Notes: a model not told the origin generated them from the letters alone. A DNA stretch of 64,000 nt from Cladosporium halotolerans (GCF_011745625.1 NW_027191455.1:248001-312000); one strand, 5' to 3'. Counted from the first letter of the stretch, positions 35,850-48,183 are shown. Numbers and translations: made by a program.

Positions 35850-36640
35850 ACCGACGAAATGTTTGACGAGATATCATCATTTATACCTGGGAGACATACA
35901 CGGACACGCCGCTGTGGCCGAAGAAAATTCGATTGTTGAAGGACACAGGAACACCTCTCTGCCAGCCGAGACGAGGGTTGGTAGTATTCAGCTCTCTTTG
36001 GACAGCCGCTCAGGAGCGAGCAACGTATCTACCTATTACTCCAGAGGGTCAGGCGAGCTTCACGCGACCGCCATATCTTCCCTCTTACGACCAGTCTCAC
36101 ACCAAAATAGTCTTTGATGTAGACTGTCCCAATATAATTGCATTAAATATCAAATCCCATGTCACCTGCATTTTCCTCAACAAAATCCCCACGCCTAAAC
36201 ACACGTGCCTATTCACATTGACAATCCCAAAGCCCTTCCTCGCGCAAGAAACATTTACGAAAGCCTTGATTCGGATGTTCGTCCTATCGTTGCTTACATA
36301 CGGTAGCACAGCATGGAAAGTTCTCTCATCCCTCCGTAGTGGATCCTGTGCAGTCCATTCCACTCAAAAGACGCCTTGTCCAAAACCCCCCCCCCCACGC
36401 TCGATTCTCAAAGGACAGTCCGTCACCGCCAATCTCCCAGGAAACTCCCACCAAGAAAAGAATTTCCAAGTCGTACCCTCATCCAACGCCAGAAAAACGA
36501 AAAGTCCCCTAACGCCTCCCAGCCAGCCAGCCAGCCATTCCCTCCCAAACATTCCTACGCCGCGCAGAGAACGAGAAAGAAAAAGTCGGTCATACCTTTT
36601 TTCCGAGCGTTGCGGAACAAGTCGACGGCCCAGGCCGTGC

Positions 36641-37373
36641 CTAGACATCCATAGTGCCGGCGGGCTGGACGTCGTCCTCGTCGTCGTCGTCGTTGTAGCT
36701 GCCGACGCTGCTCATCTCGTCGCTGTCGTCGGAGCCCTCGTCGGCCTCGTCGAGCTGCTCTTTCGTGGCGTATTTGGCGACGTATTCTGTTTGAGATTCG
36801 TTCCGTCAGTTTCCACTGATCCGTCTTCCCATTCGTCATGTGCTTCTTGCATCCTTCGACATTTCATCGAATGGTTTCCAAAACTAACCTTTAACCTTCA
36901 AATCGTACGCCTTCGGCTCCTTCATCAGCAGCGCGGCGGCCTCGCCGTTCAGCGGGTCGGTGGGGTTCGGGTAGCGCAGCAGCTGCGGCAGGAAGACCTC
37001 GAAGATGTTGATCATGTCGTACATGGGCGACCAGGTCTGGTTGATGACGTCGAGGCAGACGCTGCCGGACAGCTCGTCGATGTTGGGGTGGAAGATGCGG
37101 TTGACGAAGCCGATCGAGGGCGACTTGTAGGGGTACTGGTCGGGCAGCTCGACGTGGATTTTCCAGAGGCCGCCGAGGAAGGGTGCTGCGAGTGTTTCTG
37201 GTAAGGGGAGGGTTTTGGGGAGGGAGGAAGGGAGAAGGCTACGACATACTCTCTTCAGGCCCCTTGAAGCGCACGTAGAACTCCTGCATGTTGTCGTTGA
37301 CGAGCGTGACTTCGTAGTCGCTCATCAGCATCTTCATGACGTCTGTCTCGATTCTGCGCTTGGGACTGGACAT
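36641..37373 (-). CDS. UBC8: Ubiquitin-conjugating enzyme E2 H (GID complex E2)
   Basis: [37 protein letters not shown], acidic tail; introns 37249-37186 and 36888-36787. Confidence 0.96.
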
Positions 37374-38391
37374 TTTGGCGGCTAGGGTGTTGAGGTTGTG
37401 TTCTTCGCGGTCTGCTTTTGCTCTCTCGAACACTCCGACAGCTGCGTGCTTTCTTTCTGTTTTGGTCGCCCAGGCGTTGCAGGGTCCTGGGCTTGGTCGA
37501 GCGAGGGTGCGCTTCGGTGGGGTGCGGAGTGGTTTGAGGGCTCTTTGCGGCGTATGAGGGCTCGGAGGTAGGTTGTGTGGTCAAGATCGCAAGGTGGTGC
37601 TGCGTTCCGTCTAACAGATTGCGTGGGATGAGGTGCGGTGGGTGGTGGATGCCCCGCTTGAAGGTCGGACTTGAGGCTTATGGCCTGGAGGTGATGGACC
37701 TTGTTGGTTGCAAGACAAGTTGTGAGGAAGTTTGAAAGGCAAGTTGTGCAGCAGTAGGTAAGATCGGTGTGGAGTGGCGGTGGTGTCGGTGGCAAGAGCG
37801 AGAACGGACGTGATTGTAGTGCAGAAGGGTAGAGAGGGTGGTGGAGCAGGCGCCAGGCACGGGCAGGTCACGCTGGCGGCGCTGGCATGACGCGAGCGCA
37901 GACGGCCGGCCAGCGACAGCGACACTCAGTCACTCAGTCACACTCCCGATGCGCCGCCGAGCCCCGGCTGGCTCCACCAACCGATAAGATAAGGGGGGGT
38001 CACATGGCCATGGGGAACCACTAAGCTTTCCTTTGATCTCTCAACAACCTTGGATTGCACGATAATATCGGGCCAGGATGGTCTGCTGGCAGATTGCTCA
38101 AACAAAGCCAAATTGGTGGGAGGATTGACGTGCTGCCATCAATGTCCTGGCAGCTCGCGGGTCAAGCTTGCTGCTGTCTTGACCCCGCCACGCCGCACTT
38201 GAGGGGCAAGGGATACAGCCGCTCTCTCGTTCACACACCACATGCTTACTGCATGAACGTACAAACATGACTACTTCGTCACGTCCGTACAGCGTCCCTC
38301 ACTGACAAACCATCTCGGCTCGCAAACAACCGACACGGTCATCTCGCCCGGCTCCGAGCCCCTCAGCCCGCAAAGCCAGCGCCGGACCCTT

Positions 38392-38414
38392 GCCAGCCAG
38401 CCAGCCAGCCAGCC
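38392..38414. repeat. (GCCA)5 microsatellite
   Basis: GCCAGCCAGCCAGCCAGCCAGCC read directly. Confidence 0.85.
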
Positions 38415-38622
38415 GGACGGACCGAGGCCAAACTTCCTCCGACCCTCTGGATTCTCACACCTACAATGTAGAATTGTGTACAGACCAAACACCACGACTT
38501 CGCCGCCGCCCACCCGGGCTGAAAAAAACCACGACTCCCATCATTGCATCCCCGACAGCGCCACAACACACCGCTTCCAACAATCCTCACACAGCCCTCC
38601 ACGCCCGCCCACAACCCGCAGG

Positions 38623-39669
38623 ATGAGCGCCAGCATGTCGCGTGCCCTGCGCAGGGCCGTCACAACAACCCCATCAACAACAACAAAACCACCCCTCTCC
38701 CTCACACCCACCACCGCCCTCCGCACACCAGCAACGCAAACCCGCCCCTCCTCCCACTCCCCCCTCGGCGCCAACAGCAACACCCCACCGCGCAAAAAAA
38801 CCACCCTCCCCGCCCTCGCCGCCATGCACCGCCGCCGCGAGCCCATAACAATGCTGACGGCCCACGACTTCCCCTCCGCGCACGCCGCCGACCAAGCGGG
38901 CATGGACATGGTGCTCGTCGGCGACTCGCTGGCCATGGTCGCGCTGGGCATGGAGGACACGAGCGCCGTCACGCTCGACGACATGGTGCTGCACAGCCGC
39001 AGCGTCATGCGCGGGGCGCGCGCGGCCTTCGTCGTCGCCGACCTGCCCATGGGCTCGTACGAGGTCTCGCCCGAGCAGGCGCTGCAGAGCGCCATCAGGC
39101 TGGTGAAGGAGGGCCGCGTGCACGCTGTCAAGCTCGAGGGGGGCAGGGAGATGGAGGGCCAGATCAGGAAGATTACGGGGGCGGGGATTCCCGTGCTGGC
39201 GCACGTGGGGCTGACGCCGCAGCGGCAGAACGCGCTGGGCGGGTTCAGGGTGCAGGGGAAGAGCGTCGCTGGGGCGGTGAAGGTGCTGCAGGATGCGCGG
39301 GCGGTGGAGGCCGCGGGCGCGTTTGGCGTGGTGCTGGAGGCCGTGCCGGCGGAGGTGGCGGAGCTGGTGACGGGGAAGCTGGGCATTCCGACGATTGGGA
39401 TCGGGGCGGGCGCGGGGTGTTCGGGCCAGGTGCTGGTGCAGGTCGACATGCTGGGGTATTACCCGCCGGGGAGGTTTTTGCCGAAGTTCGCGAAGCGGTT
39501 TGGGGATGTTTGGGGCGAGGCGACGAGGGCGATCGAGGCGTACAAGAGCGAGGTGAAGGGCGGGACGTACCCTGCGCCGGAGCACACGTATCCCATGCCG
39601 AAGGAGGAGGTGGCGGAGTTTGAGAAGGTTGTCGAGGCGATGGAGAAAGGTTCTTCTGGGGAGGCTTGA
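38623..39669 (+). CDS. ECM31: Ketopantoate hydroxymethyltransferase PanB, with mitochondrial presequence
   Basis: ITMLTAHDF, LVGDSLAMV, VADLPMGSY, AVKLEGG, AHVGLTPQ, GGFRVQGK, PTIGIGAG. Confidence 0.96.
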   Translation: MSASMSRALRRAVTTTPSTTTKPPLSLTPTTALRTPATQTRPSSHSPLGANSNTPPRKKTTLPALAAMHRRREPITMLTAHDFPSAHAADQAGMDMVLVGDSLAMVALGMEDTSAVTLDDMVLHSRSVMRGARAAFVVADLPMGSYEVSPEQALQSAIRLVKEGRVHAVKLEGGREMEGQIRKITGAGIPVLAHVGLTPQRQNALGGFRVQGKSVAGAVKVLQDARAVEAAGAFGVVLEAVPAEVAELVTGKLGIPTIGIGAGAGCSGQVLVQVDMLGYYPPGRFLPKFAKRFGDVWGEATRAIEAYKSEVKGGTYPAPEHTYPMPKEEVAEFEKVVEAMEKGSSGEA

Positions 39670-39820
39670 GGTTTTGAGGAAGACTCGCCCCGACTCCTTT
39701 GATCGTTTCCCATGCACACCAGTCGTACACCGCGTAATCTAGATACCACACATTAGCCACCATGTCGTCCTGCGGCCACAGCCAACAGTGCCCACTTACC
39801 AATATTCCATCCCTCACCCC

Positions 39821-40415
39821 TCACCCAAACGCCTGCGTAACCCCATAACTGACCACAAGCTCCTCGCCCGTTTTAAAACACTGCATCGATCACAAACTAT
39901 CAGCCCAGCCTTCTCCCCTCTCAAAACCTTCGGTCCGCGACCAGCAAAGAGAAGAAGGAAGATAACTCACCCTCCAAAGATTCCCCACCCCCTCATCCAA
40001 CCCCGGCGCAAACACAGCATTCACATAGCAAAACACCGCCTCGCCCTCCGCGAGCCCCAACTTGCGCCTCAGAAACCGCACGATCGCCTCGAAACGCTGC
40101 GACGCCAGGCACTTGAAGCGCGGCTGTCGCAGCGCTGGGGTATTCGGCAGGGGAGACAGGCGGATCGTAACTGTTGGAGAGCGTTAGCGGGGTGTTGGTG
40201 AGATGGGGGAAACAGGGAGGGGTGCCTTTCTCCAACCCCAGGTCGCCGGCCGTTTCGAGCGCGCGCGTGGCGTCGGCGGGGAGGGCTTCGAGGAGGACGG
40301 AGGCGGCGAGCGTCATGGGGGCGTCTTCGGGTTCGTTCGAGGCGGAGGCGGAGGCGGAGGCGTCGGGGGGCGAGGGGCTGTGGGGTGGGGAGGGGGAGGA
40401 GGGGGCGGAGGGCAT
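39821..40415 (-). CDS. ATG12: Ubiquitin-like autophagy protein Atg12
   Basis: EK/VTIRLSPLPNTPALRQ...FLRRKL...VFCYVNAVFAPGLDEGVGNLWR/CFKTGEELVVSYGVTQAFG*; introns 40225-40171 (GC-AG) and 39970-39881. Confidence 0.93.
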
Positions 40416-41458
40416 GGTGGCTTTGTAATCTTTGTTCGATCGTAGCTAGGATGGAAAGGGCTGTTGTGTTGTTGACCGGGTTGTGTTTGATTCGTGGTGC
40501 TGGACGGGTGAGGTGAGGTGGTGGCGGCTGTTGAGCTAGGTAGCTCAGCCGGGTCCAACAGGACACAGCAGAAACGCCCGATCTCAGATGTCAAAGGCGA
40601 CTCGGCAGAGTACGGCTTCCTGACCGCGAGGGAAACAAGCGATCCAGCTCCGTGACTGCGGATGAAGAGAAAAACGGGAGCGATGAGCTAAGGCGGTGAT
40701 CTAAGTTCGATTGGTGTAGGTCAGGAGTGAGGTCAGAAGCGGAAGCCGCACGCTTGGGTGGAGAGAGTAAGCAAGCGACTTGAGCTTCACAAGACTCATT
40801 GCAGACCGGAAGCACGGTCTTTCGCTTGCATAGCCAGACGCTTGACATCGTTTGCTCCAATTGTGGGTACTCAGAAATAGGACAAGACTGATATAAGAAG
40901 TTATTCATGACACAGCGATCACCTTCCCCTCGCATTCTGTGTCACGCACTCTCAGCACCACACCGCACATTCAACCCAATAATCTTCATCATTCCATTCA
41001 TTCGCCCCTACTTTATCTCCTAACAAGATACTCATCGTCCTGTCCTCGTCCCCATCATCATCATCATCTCCCCATCGACAACCATCCACAAGACCCCTTC
41101 ACCACTACCTCTTCCTCGATCGCGCCCCTAAAAATACCCCCAACGTGAAATAAATCTCCACCATCACCACCAAGCCGATCATCCTCGTGAGCAGCCGTTC
41201 ACTCGGAAGCAGAAGACCCGACCGACCGATTCGTTCCGCCCGCCAATTTTGCAAGCCATGTATGCCATGCCGCGCGTGAACCACGTACCAGAAAGCACAA
41301 TGCCGAGCAGCTAGTGTAGACGAAACAAACGAGGACAAAGAGAACAAAGGACGAGGATATAGAGCAAGCAAAGTCGACTGACACGAGCCGACTGACAACA
41401 ACAACAATAAGGGTTCCGCCATGCTGAGCTGGAGTTTGTTCGGAGTATACCGCCGATA

Positions 41459-41460
<2 letters not shown>

Positions 41461-41487
<27 letters not shown>
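41461..41487. repeat. (GAT)9 microsatellite, likely in the DBF4 3' UTR
   Basis: Nine perfect GAT units with degenerate flanks. Confidence 0.9.
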
Positions 41488-41489
<2 letters not shown>

Positions 41490-41772
41490 CGATGCTGGTG
41501 ATGCCGCCTGGTTTGAAGTGCATTGGAGAGAACGACGACGCAAATGCATGCCTAGCCGTGATGGTCCGTCCGTAGACATGATGGAATCGATGAGGATCGT
41601 GGGTTGATGATGTTTGGTACAAAAGAAATAGACACAACAAAAAACGAAAACAAAAAGCAGGGTTCGAGTTTCGCATTAAGCCACGCTTGCTTGCGTGGGC
41701 GTGTGGTATCGGGTTTGGGTAAGACAATGTGGTTTGTGGTATTGTTTGTTTCGTTTGTTGGCTTTCAGCCTC

Positions 41773-43926
41773 TCAGTGTTTGTGGGGGCGCTTGAGCTGC
41801 ACGAGCAGGGCGTCGAGTTCAGTCCAGTTCTCCTGGGTGAGGGCGAACTTGCGGTGCTTGCGAGATTGGATGTGCTGGGATGGTTGTCAGTATATTAGAT
41901 AAATGATGCGAGGATGGCACGACACATACCGAATCAAAGTCATCGAACTTATCGCGGCAATTCTCGCAGTACCCTGGTTTCGGCTCCTTCTCTGTCGCCT
42001 TCTTCCTCGGAGCCGCCTTGCGTCGCCTCGCGTCGCCGTTGCCGTTCTCGTCGCCTTCGTGTAATACGCCGAGAGTCTCCTGCGCCCTGCGTTTGGCTGC
42101 GCGTGGGGGCGGGCCTTGTTGGTCGTCATTGATAGCGGCACGCATGTCGTTCATGTATGATGAAGGCACGCTCTGAGCGGAGTTGATGCTGGCTCCTCGC
42201 TCGAGCACCTTGCGTTTCAGAGCTGATACCTCTTTGCTGTCAGGGATGCGGCGGTTGAAACCCGCAGCGGTCGATGAGATGTTCGACGAGACGACCTGTG
42301 ACCTGATCGCGGAAGTAACGTTCGACTGCTGGACACCCGACGCGATGGGTTCGCCACCAACCATGCGTGGCAGACCACGGCGGCTAACCTGAGCGCTGCC
42401 GAAGAGTGGCGGCATTTGCACATCTTCAGTCGAGGCATGCGCTGTCGACGTCTCATGTGAGCGCTTTGCGGGAATGACTTTCGGGGGTTCCAATGGTTTG
42501 GCGACATCATCAGCCTGAGCGACCTTCCTGGGTGACCGTCTCAGATTGCTAGGTTGCTGTTCCGCCGGCACACGAAGGTTGTCCTGCATGGTCGACGTAG
42601 CTCTAGTGCGTCTTGTCGCAGCAATCTCCTGCTGAGCCTTGGCCTCATCCGCTGCCTTACGCTCTTGTTCCATAAGTTTCTTCGTGTGTGCCGGATCCTC
42701 GATGAAAGGGCAGCGACCAGGGCCAGTCAGTCTGAACTGCGGCCACTTGCCTTGCTCCTTGGTGGCGGGCTTGTTGTAGTCTCTCACCATCACTGGCTTG
42801 TTGTCTTCGTTCATGTCGTGGACGTAGATGTAACAGCCACGGAATGTGCACATATCCTGCCTAGCGACGGTCATGTCACGGTCGGCAGGACCATTGATCT
42901 TCTCTTGGCGGAGTAGCTGCTCCAGGTCCGCCTTGGCTGGTCTGGCAGACGCGCGAGACGCCGAAATAGGACGTGCATCCTGAGTGGCGCCTTGCTCGCC
43001 AGTGTCAGCCTGAAGCATAGTGCTGAGTACTCGCTGCAATTTCTCGAGTGCCCATATTTTGATACCAAGCTCGCGAGCTTTGGTCAAGATATCGGTGGCA
43101 TGAGGCTGGCGACGAGATTCACCATCGTGTGCCACATGACCGCCGTTGGTCTGCACACGACGCTGCAAGCTGGCATCCAGCAGGCTCGTGGTTTTGCGTT
43201 GATCTTGTGACAATGCACCTGCGTTGGCAGCCCTGGTGTGTTGGTCATCACGTTTAGCAGATGTTTGTTCGTCAGCATGACCGTTGGAGGTATGCTCGGA
43301 AGGGATCTGACGTGTCGTGACAACATGGGTCACGGCGTTGGAGAAGAACTTCTCTTCGCGCTAGGAACAGTCAGCAGAAGTACAAGAAACGAGAACATGT
43401 TGTCACATACTGCACCAAGCGACCGCACTTGCCGGATCGCCTTGAGTCGAACCTCATCCGGTATGCTGTCGAAGTAAAAGACGAATTGCGGGAATTGGCG
43501 TCTATAATGACGTTGCCACTGTCGAACATTTTCCAGATTATCACCCTTGGCCACGTGTGACTTTTCGACGCGGTGTTGTATTTGTTGTTGTTGTTGTGGT
43601 TGGGGTTGCGGAGTGGGCTTCTTCTCGCGAACCGAAGCCAGCTTCTTCTCAAAAGCAGTCGGCGGGCCGGTGCTCGTGCGTTTGGACAGGAAGGGCTCGT
43701 CCAGCTTGTCGTGAGAGATGACAGTGGGACCGTTCCTTTTAAGGGGGTTCACGTTCTCTCCATCCTCGTTGTTGCCCTCCAGCAGCTGCTTCTTTGCAGG
43801 TGGCTGGCCGTATACATTTTCCCCTTGCTGGGCTCGCGTGCGCTTTCCGGAGAGGGCGTGCGAGCCGCGGAAGGGCGAGTTGACGGCGTTAGGCACGTTG
43901 GCGAGAGGGGCCCGCCGGGCGGCCAT
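41773..43926 (-). CDS. DBF4: Cdc7 kinase regulatory subunit Dbf4/Dfp1/NimO
   Basis: Motif N (WQRHYRRQFPQFVFYFD...LGA/REEKFFSNAVTHVVTTR), motif M (YIYVHDM...PVMVRDY...GRCPF), zinc finger KPGYCENC...H.....H; introns 43410-43361 and 41929-41875; alternative in-frame ATG about 43968. Confidence 0.93.
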
Positions 43927-45090
43927 TGTGACGGGGTCGTGAGGAGTGAGGGTGTGCGTTGCAGCCATGCGAGGTGGTGGCAGACGACGAGCGCCTGCTG
44001 GCGGGGCAGGCACGCGCGACAGCGACGCGCTTCAGGACGAGCTCACAGCGGCCATTGACGTGAGCAGAGAGGCGGCGAGGGGTGTGGAGGTGCCAGTCGG
44101 ATCCCACACACGGGGAGGGAGTGACGTGAGTGAGGCGAGGTAAGGAGCGGCGTGGGCGAGGCAGTGGGTGTGGTGGACGGGGGCTGGCGGGCTGCGGTGT
44201 TGTTGACGGAGATGGCTGTTGTGTTTGTCGGCAAAGCCGCACGCAAGCTGCAGCTGCACCGTCGCCCTAGCGGCTGGAAGCGCGCGCGCCTGCCCGAGCC
44301 ACGCCGCTCGCTGTCAACTGCTGCAAGCCGCACCCTTGTGCTTATCAAATAACACAGATATCGATTGCTGGTAAGAGTGGTTGTTAATAATCACCAGATC
44401 GTGGGGAGCGTTGATTGCCAGTCAGTGCATTTCTTCACACTATCAACCATTCTGCGGAGGTTGGTGGGAGGCATCTCGTCTGCCAGCCATGCTGTTTATC
44501 ACCCCGGCTCTCTCGCTCGCTTACGGCCTGCCTCAGATCTTCACATCAGCCTCAGCCCGCCACACGTCATAGCCTCAGGCTCTCCACTTCATCCGAGTGC
44601 AAACACAAGACTTACCGCAGGCCATGGAATGCCGGATACGTATACTTCATTTGAATATTTCCAATGTCGTGTGCTCATCTATACTCGAATAGCAGGCCAC
44701 GCTGAATTGCTAAAATGACGCTCATCGTCAATGCACGATTCGCAACGTTGTCCGTCAATTTTAGGCCAACGTCCCGCCCAATTTGACCTCCACTCGTCAA
44801 TCAAACCATTACCCGCAACTGAAGAAAGCCAATCTTACTTAACGGCACTTTACCGCTCCCTGCAGTCAGCTCCTCTGCAATCCTCCCTTGACGTAGCATT
44901 TTCGGCATATGCTGTCCTCCTGCCGTAGACCTCCAGCATGTGGTATCCAAAAGCTTTTTTGACCTCAGCAGGTAGGCAATCTTCCTTCTCCAGTACCATT
45001 CCTACGTCTTTCCAAACATCGCCCATCTCCAGCCAGATGCAGACATCCCATAGTCCATCACCACACCCTCTCTCCCCATCCTCCTCAACA

Positions 45091-46347
45091 TCACTCCTCC
45101 CCATCCTCACTCTCCCCCTCCTCCCTCCCCTCCGCAACAGCCAGCACTCTCCCCTCATCCAAAAACCCCAACATCTCCCACCCCAACACCAACCTCCTCG
45201 CCCTCCCATAATCCCAACCGCTCATCGCCTGAACCGCCCGAATGTGCGCCCCCTGCGGCCGCACCCTCAGCCTCCTCATCTCAGCCCCAAGCCTCGCAGC
45301 CCTTGACCGCGCCTCATAGAACGTCGCCGCCCTCGACAGCGGCGCAGGCGGCGACGAAGCCGCATGCGAGCGCGTGCTCATCGGCGTGCGCGTCGCGGGC
45401 TTGACCTCCTCCTCGCCATCCTCTTCCTGTTCCCCTTCCTCCGGCTCCTCAGGCGTCTCCGCCCCCACCAATCTCTGATTCCTCCTCGCCGCCGCCCGCC
45501 GCACCTTCTCAGCCCCCAACACCACCTCCCTCGCAAACGCCCGGAAATACCGCCTCTTGACCAGCAAGTACTCCGCGCACCCGGCGCCCACAAGACTCGC
45601 CAGCGCGCGCTCCGCCGGCTCCAGTTCCAGCAGGTAGCGGTCGTCGTGCAGGTCGCGCTCGTCGTCGAGCGCCGGCGGGTGCAGGGCGTCGGCGCCCTCG
45701 ATGCGCGCGTGCGCGGCGCGCGGGTGGAGGATGCGCGGGCAGGCGTCGCTGAGCTGGGAGGCGGCGAGGAAGGCGGGGGAGTGGGGTGGGGTTGTTGTTG
45801 TGAGGAAGTGGGTTGCGAGGAGGGTGTAGAGGGTTTGCGTGCGGGGTGGGAGCAGGGCGCCGTCGGTGGGGGAGTGGCGGAGGGGGCCGGGGGAGTAGAG
45901 GCGGGGCGGGCTGAGGAGGTTGGTTGTTGTGAGGTGGGTTAGGAGGGGGGAGGGCGAGAGGAGGGTCCAGAAGTAGCGGGTGTGCGGGCTGTGGGGGATG
46001 TGGAGGGCGAGCAAGGTTATGGGGGCGGAGGGGTTGGCGTCGAGGGTTGCCGCGTCGGTGAGGAGGGTGAGGGTGCCGCGGGTTTGTGGGGGGATGAGTT
46101 CGAGGGATTGGTCTTCGAGGCGGATTAGGGGGCGAATGTCGGGGGGACCGGCGGTTGAGAGCCAGTGCCGGATCTGCTCGCAGGCGTTGAGGCTGTCGTA
46201 GCAGGTGAATTGGACGATGGGGAAGGTGTGTTCGTGCACTGGGCGGAAGACGATGTTGGCGACGTTTGTTGCTGAAGCTGAGTTTAGGTCGATAGTTGGT
46301 ATTGGCGCCGGTGTCGGTGTGACGCTGTCTGGTGGTGGTGTTTCCAT
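45091..46347 (-). CDS. Hypothetical protein with a divergent SWIRM-like C-terminal domain
   Basis: DLHDDRYLLELEPAERALASLV...CAEYLLVKRRYF and ARRLVLGWEMLGFLD resemble the two halves of Fun19/Ada2-type SWIRM. Confidence 0.6.
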   Translation of the reverse strand: METPPPDSVTPTPAPIPTIDLNSASATNVANIVFRPVHEHTFPIVQFTCYDSLNACEQIRHWLSTAGPPDIRPLIRLEDQSLELIPPQTRGTLTLLTDAATLDANPSAPITLLALHIPHSPHTRYFWTLLSPSPLLTHLTTTNLLSPPRLYSPGPLRHSPTDGALLPPRTQTLYTLLATHFLTTTTPPHSPAFLAASQLSDACPRILHPRAAHARIEGADALHPPALDDERDLHDDRYLLELEPAERALASLVGAGCAEYLLVKRRYFRAFAREVVLGAEKVRRAAARRNQRLVGAETPEEPEEGEQEEDGEEEVKPATRTPMSTRSHAASSPPAPLSRAATFYEARSRAARLGAEMRRLRVRPQGAHIRAVQAMSGWDYGRARRLVLGWEMLGFLDEGRVLAVAEGREEGESEDGEE

Positions 46348-46647
46348 CAAAGTCGTCGCAGTGCTCTCACTCCATTCCCTCCTACCCCTTCTGCGACCCC
46401 GGCCCGCTGCCATGCCTCGCAATGTTAGCTTCCTACCTTGACTCTACCGTTCTTGACGGAGTGCTGATTGATGTCGTCGCGTAAATTCAATGTTGAATTG
46501 CGGTCGGTCGGAGAAGTTGTACTTTGAGGTTGTTGGATGAGCGAGGGCGAGAAAAATTGATCAAACATGTGATTGTCTTTGTTGTGTTGAGCGCGCGCGC
46601 GCAAGAGGCAGGCGCTCAATGACATCAATTCACTTTCGCTGAACACC

Positions 46648-47448
46648 CTAACCTGACTTCGGCGGAAACAGCAGCCTTCCCTCCATCCCTCCATCGACCA
46701 TCACATTCATCCCACTGACATGTCCGCTCAGCACCGGACTTGCCATTACAGCAATCTGCCTCGCAACATCCTCCGGCCGCGCAACTTTCTGCAGCGGCGT
46801 AGTCGATATTGCTCGCTCGACAAAGGCTGTATCCTTGAGCGTCTCCGTGGCCATGGGGGTGGCGACCCATCCTGGGCTGACGGTATTGACGCGACCTCTT
46901 GGCGCAATCCGAACGATTTCGTTCTTCAGCGTCGGGGTGAGACCGTACATGAGCGCGGACTTTGTGGCAGAGTAGTCACCGTGGCCGGCCTCGCCGAATT
47001 TGCCCGCCGTAGATCCGATGAAGATGATGTTGGCGGCGTCTTTGGCGGCGTCGGAAGCCGAACGCAGCGCTCGAAGATACTCCCGGCACAACAAGAAAGG
47101 ACCAGTCAGGTTAACAGCGAGCGTGTTGCTCCACTGGTCCAAGTCCATGTCGGCGATCGGGGCGTCGTTGGTCGGCCAGATGCCGTGGTTGACAACGAGC
47201 ACGCTCACCGGGCCGCCATTCTTTTTCGAGGCTTCGTCAAGAAGTCTTTGCACACCGGTCTCATCTCGTACGTCGGCTTGAATGGATACAATGTCTGAGA
47301 GGGAGGCCAGTTCGCCGATCTTGCTGTTGTAGTGCGCGGTCACTCTAGCTCCAAGCTGGCGGAAGATGTGAACCGTTTCCAAGCCGATACCTCCAGCAGC
47401 GCCAGTCACGAGGACGTGGACATTCTTGAGTCCGAGATCAATCGACAT
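46648..47448 (-). CDS. Short-chain dehydrogenase/reductase
   Basis: VLVTGAAGGIG, VNHGI, catalytic S...YSATK, VNTVSPGWVAT, VDGG. Confidence 0.93.
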   Translation of the reverse strand: MSIDLGLKNVHVLVTGAAGGIGLETVHIFRQLGARVTAHYNSKIGELASLSDIVSIQADVRDETGVQRLLDEASKKNGGPVSVLVVNHGIWPTNDAPIADMDLDQWSNTLAVNLTGPFLLCREYLRALRSASDAAKDAANIIFIGSTAGKFGEAGHGDYSATKSALMYGLTPTLKNEIVRIAPRGRVNTVSPGWVATPMATETLKDTAFVERAISTTPLQKVARPEDVARQIAVMASPVLSGHVSGMNVMVDGGMEGRLLFPPKSG

Positions 47449-48183
47449 AGCTGTTCGTTTGCGATTCTTTCTGATTCAAGTCAGGGCCAGGTTTATGCTG
47501 GTTGCCAAAGGGATGCTTTTCAGCCTCACGATTTTTGCCACCCAATGTAGTGGAAGGTTGAGGCCAATGCTGGAACAAACGTAACTACGACTGAAAATAC
47601 GGGGGACTTGAGTGATCAAACGCAGACCAGAGATAGATGATGGAGGATGAAATACTCGTTTGATTCGTTAAGTTTGGAGTCATCATCAGGGAAAGCCAGA
47701 CGACGGAAGTCGGAAATTCTTGCCGAGGTACCTCAAAAGGCAGGTGAGCAAGACACGATTATCCCTCATTAACAAGGCGTTTTCAGGCTGTATGTTACTA
47801 CCTCAAGGATGGTGATCCAGCCATAAGATGTCGACGTGCAAAAGAATGATGTTCTGCCGCCGGCCTGCGCCCGGGATAAGGTGGCAATCCCGTCGCAATC
47901 GAAGAGGCTGGACTCATCCCGTTTGGGTGAAGTTACTGCATTGCTACCGAATAAATAGATGGGTCATGTGGCTCGATTAACAAAACTTGAGCAGCTTTCA
48001 TCTTCAAATGCAATGTACGTCAATCCATCGATGCGATCGGGTCGTGAAGGGTGAAGTGGTGAGAACGAGGTCGCCCCGGAATTTGTGCTGGCCGAACGCC
48101 GACTTCAAGAAAAGTTGAACCACGTCTGGCTGCAATCCCACGAATCATCCACATCCAATCCTTGCAGACTACATTAATACATC

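Noticed and set aside
40939..41772. Short ORFs around the (GAT)n tract
   Set aside because: Low-complexity UTR-like sequence downstream of DBF4
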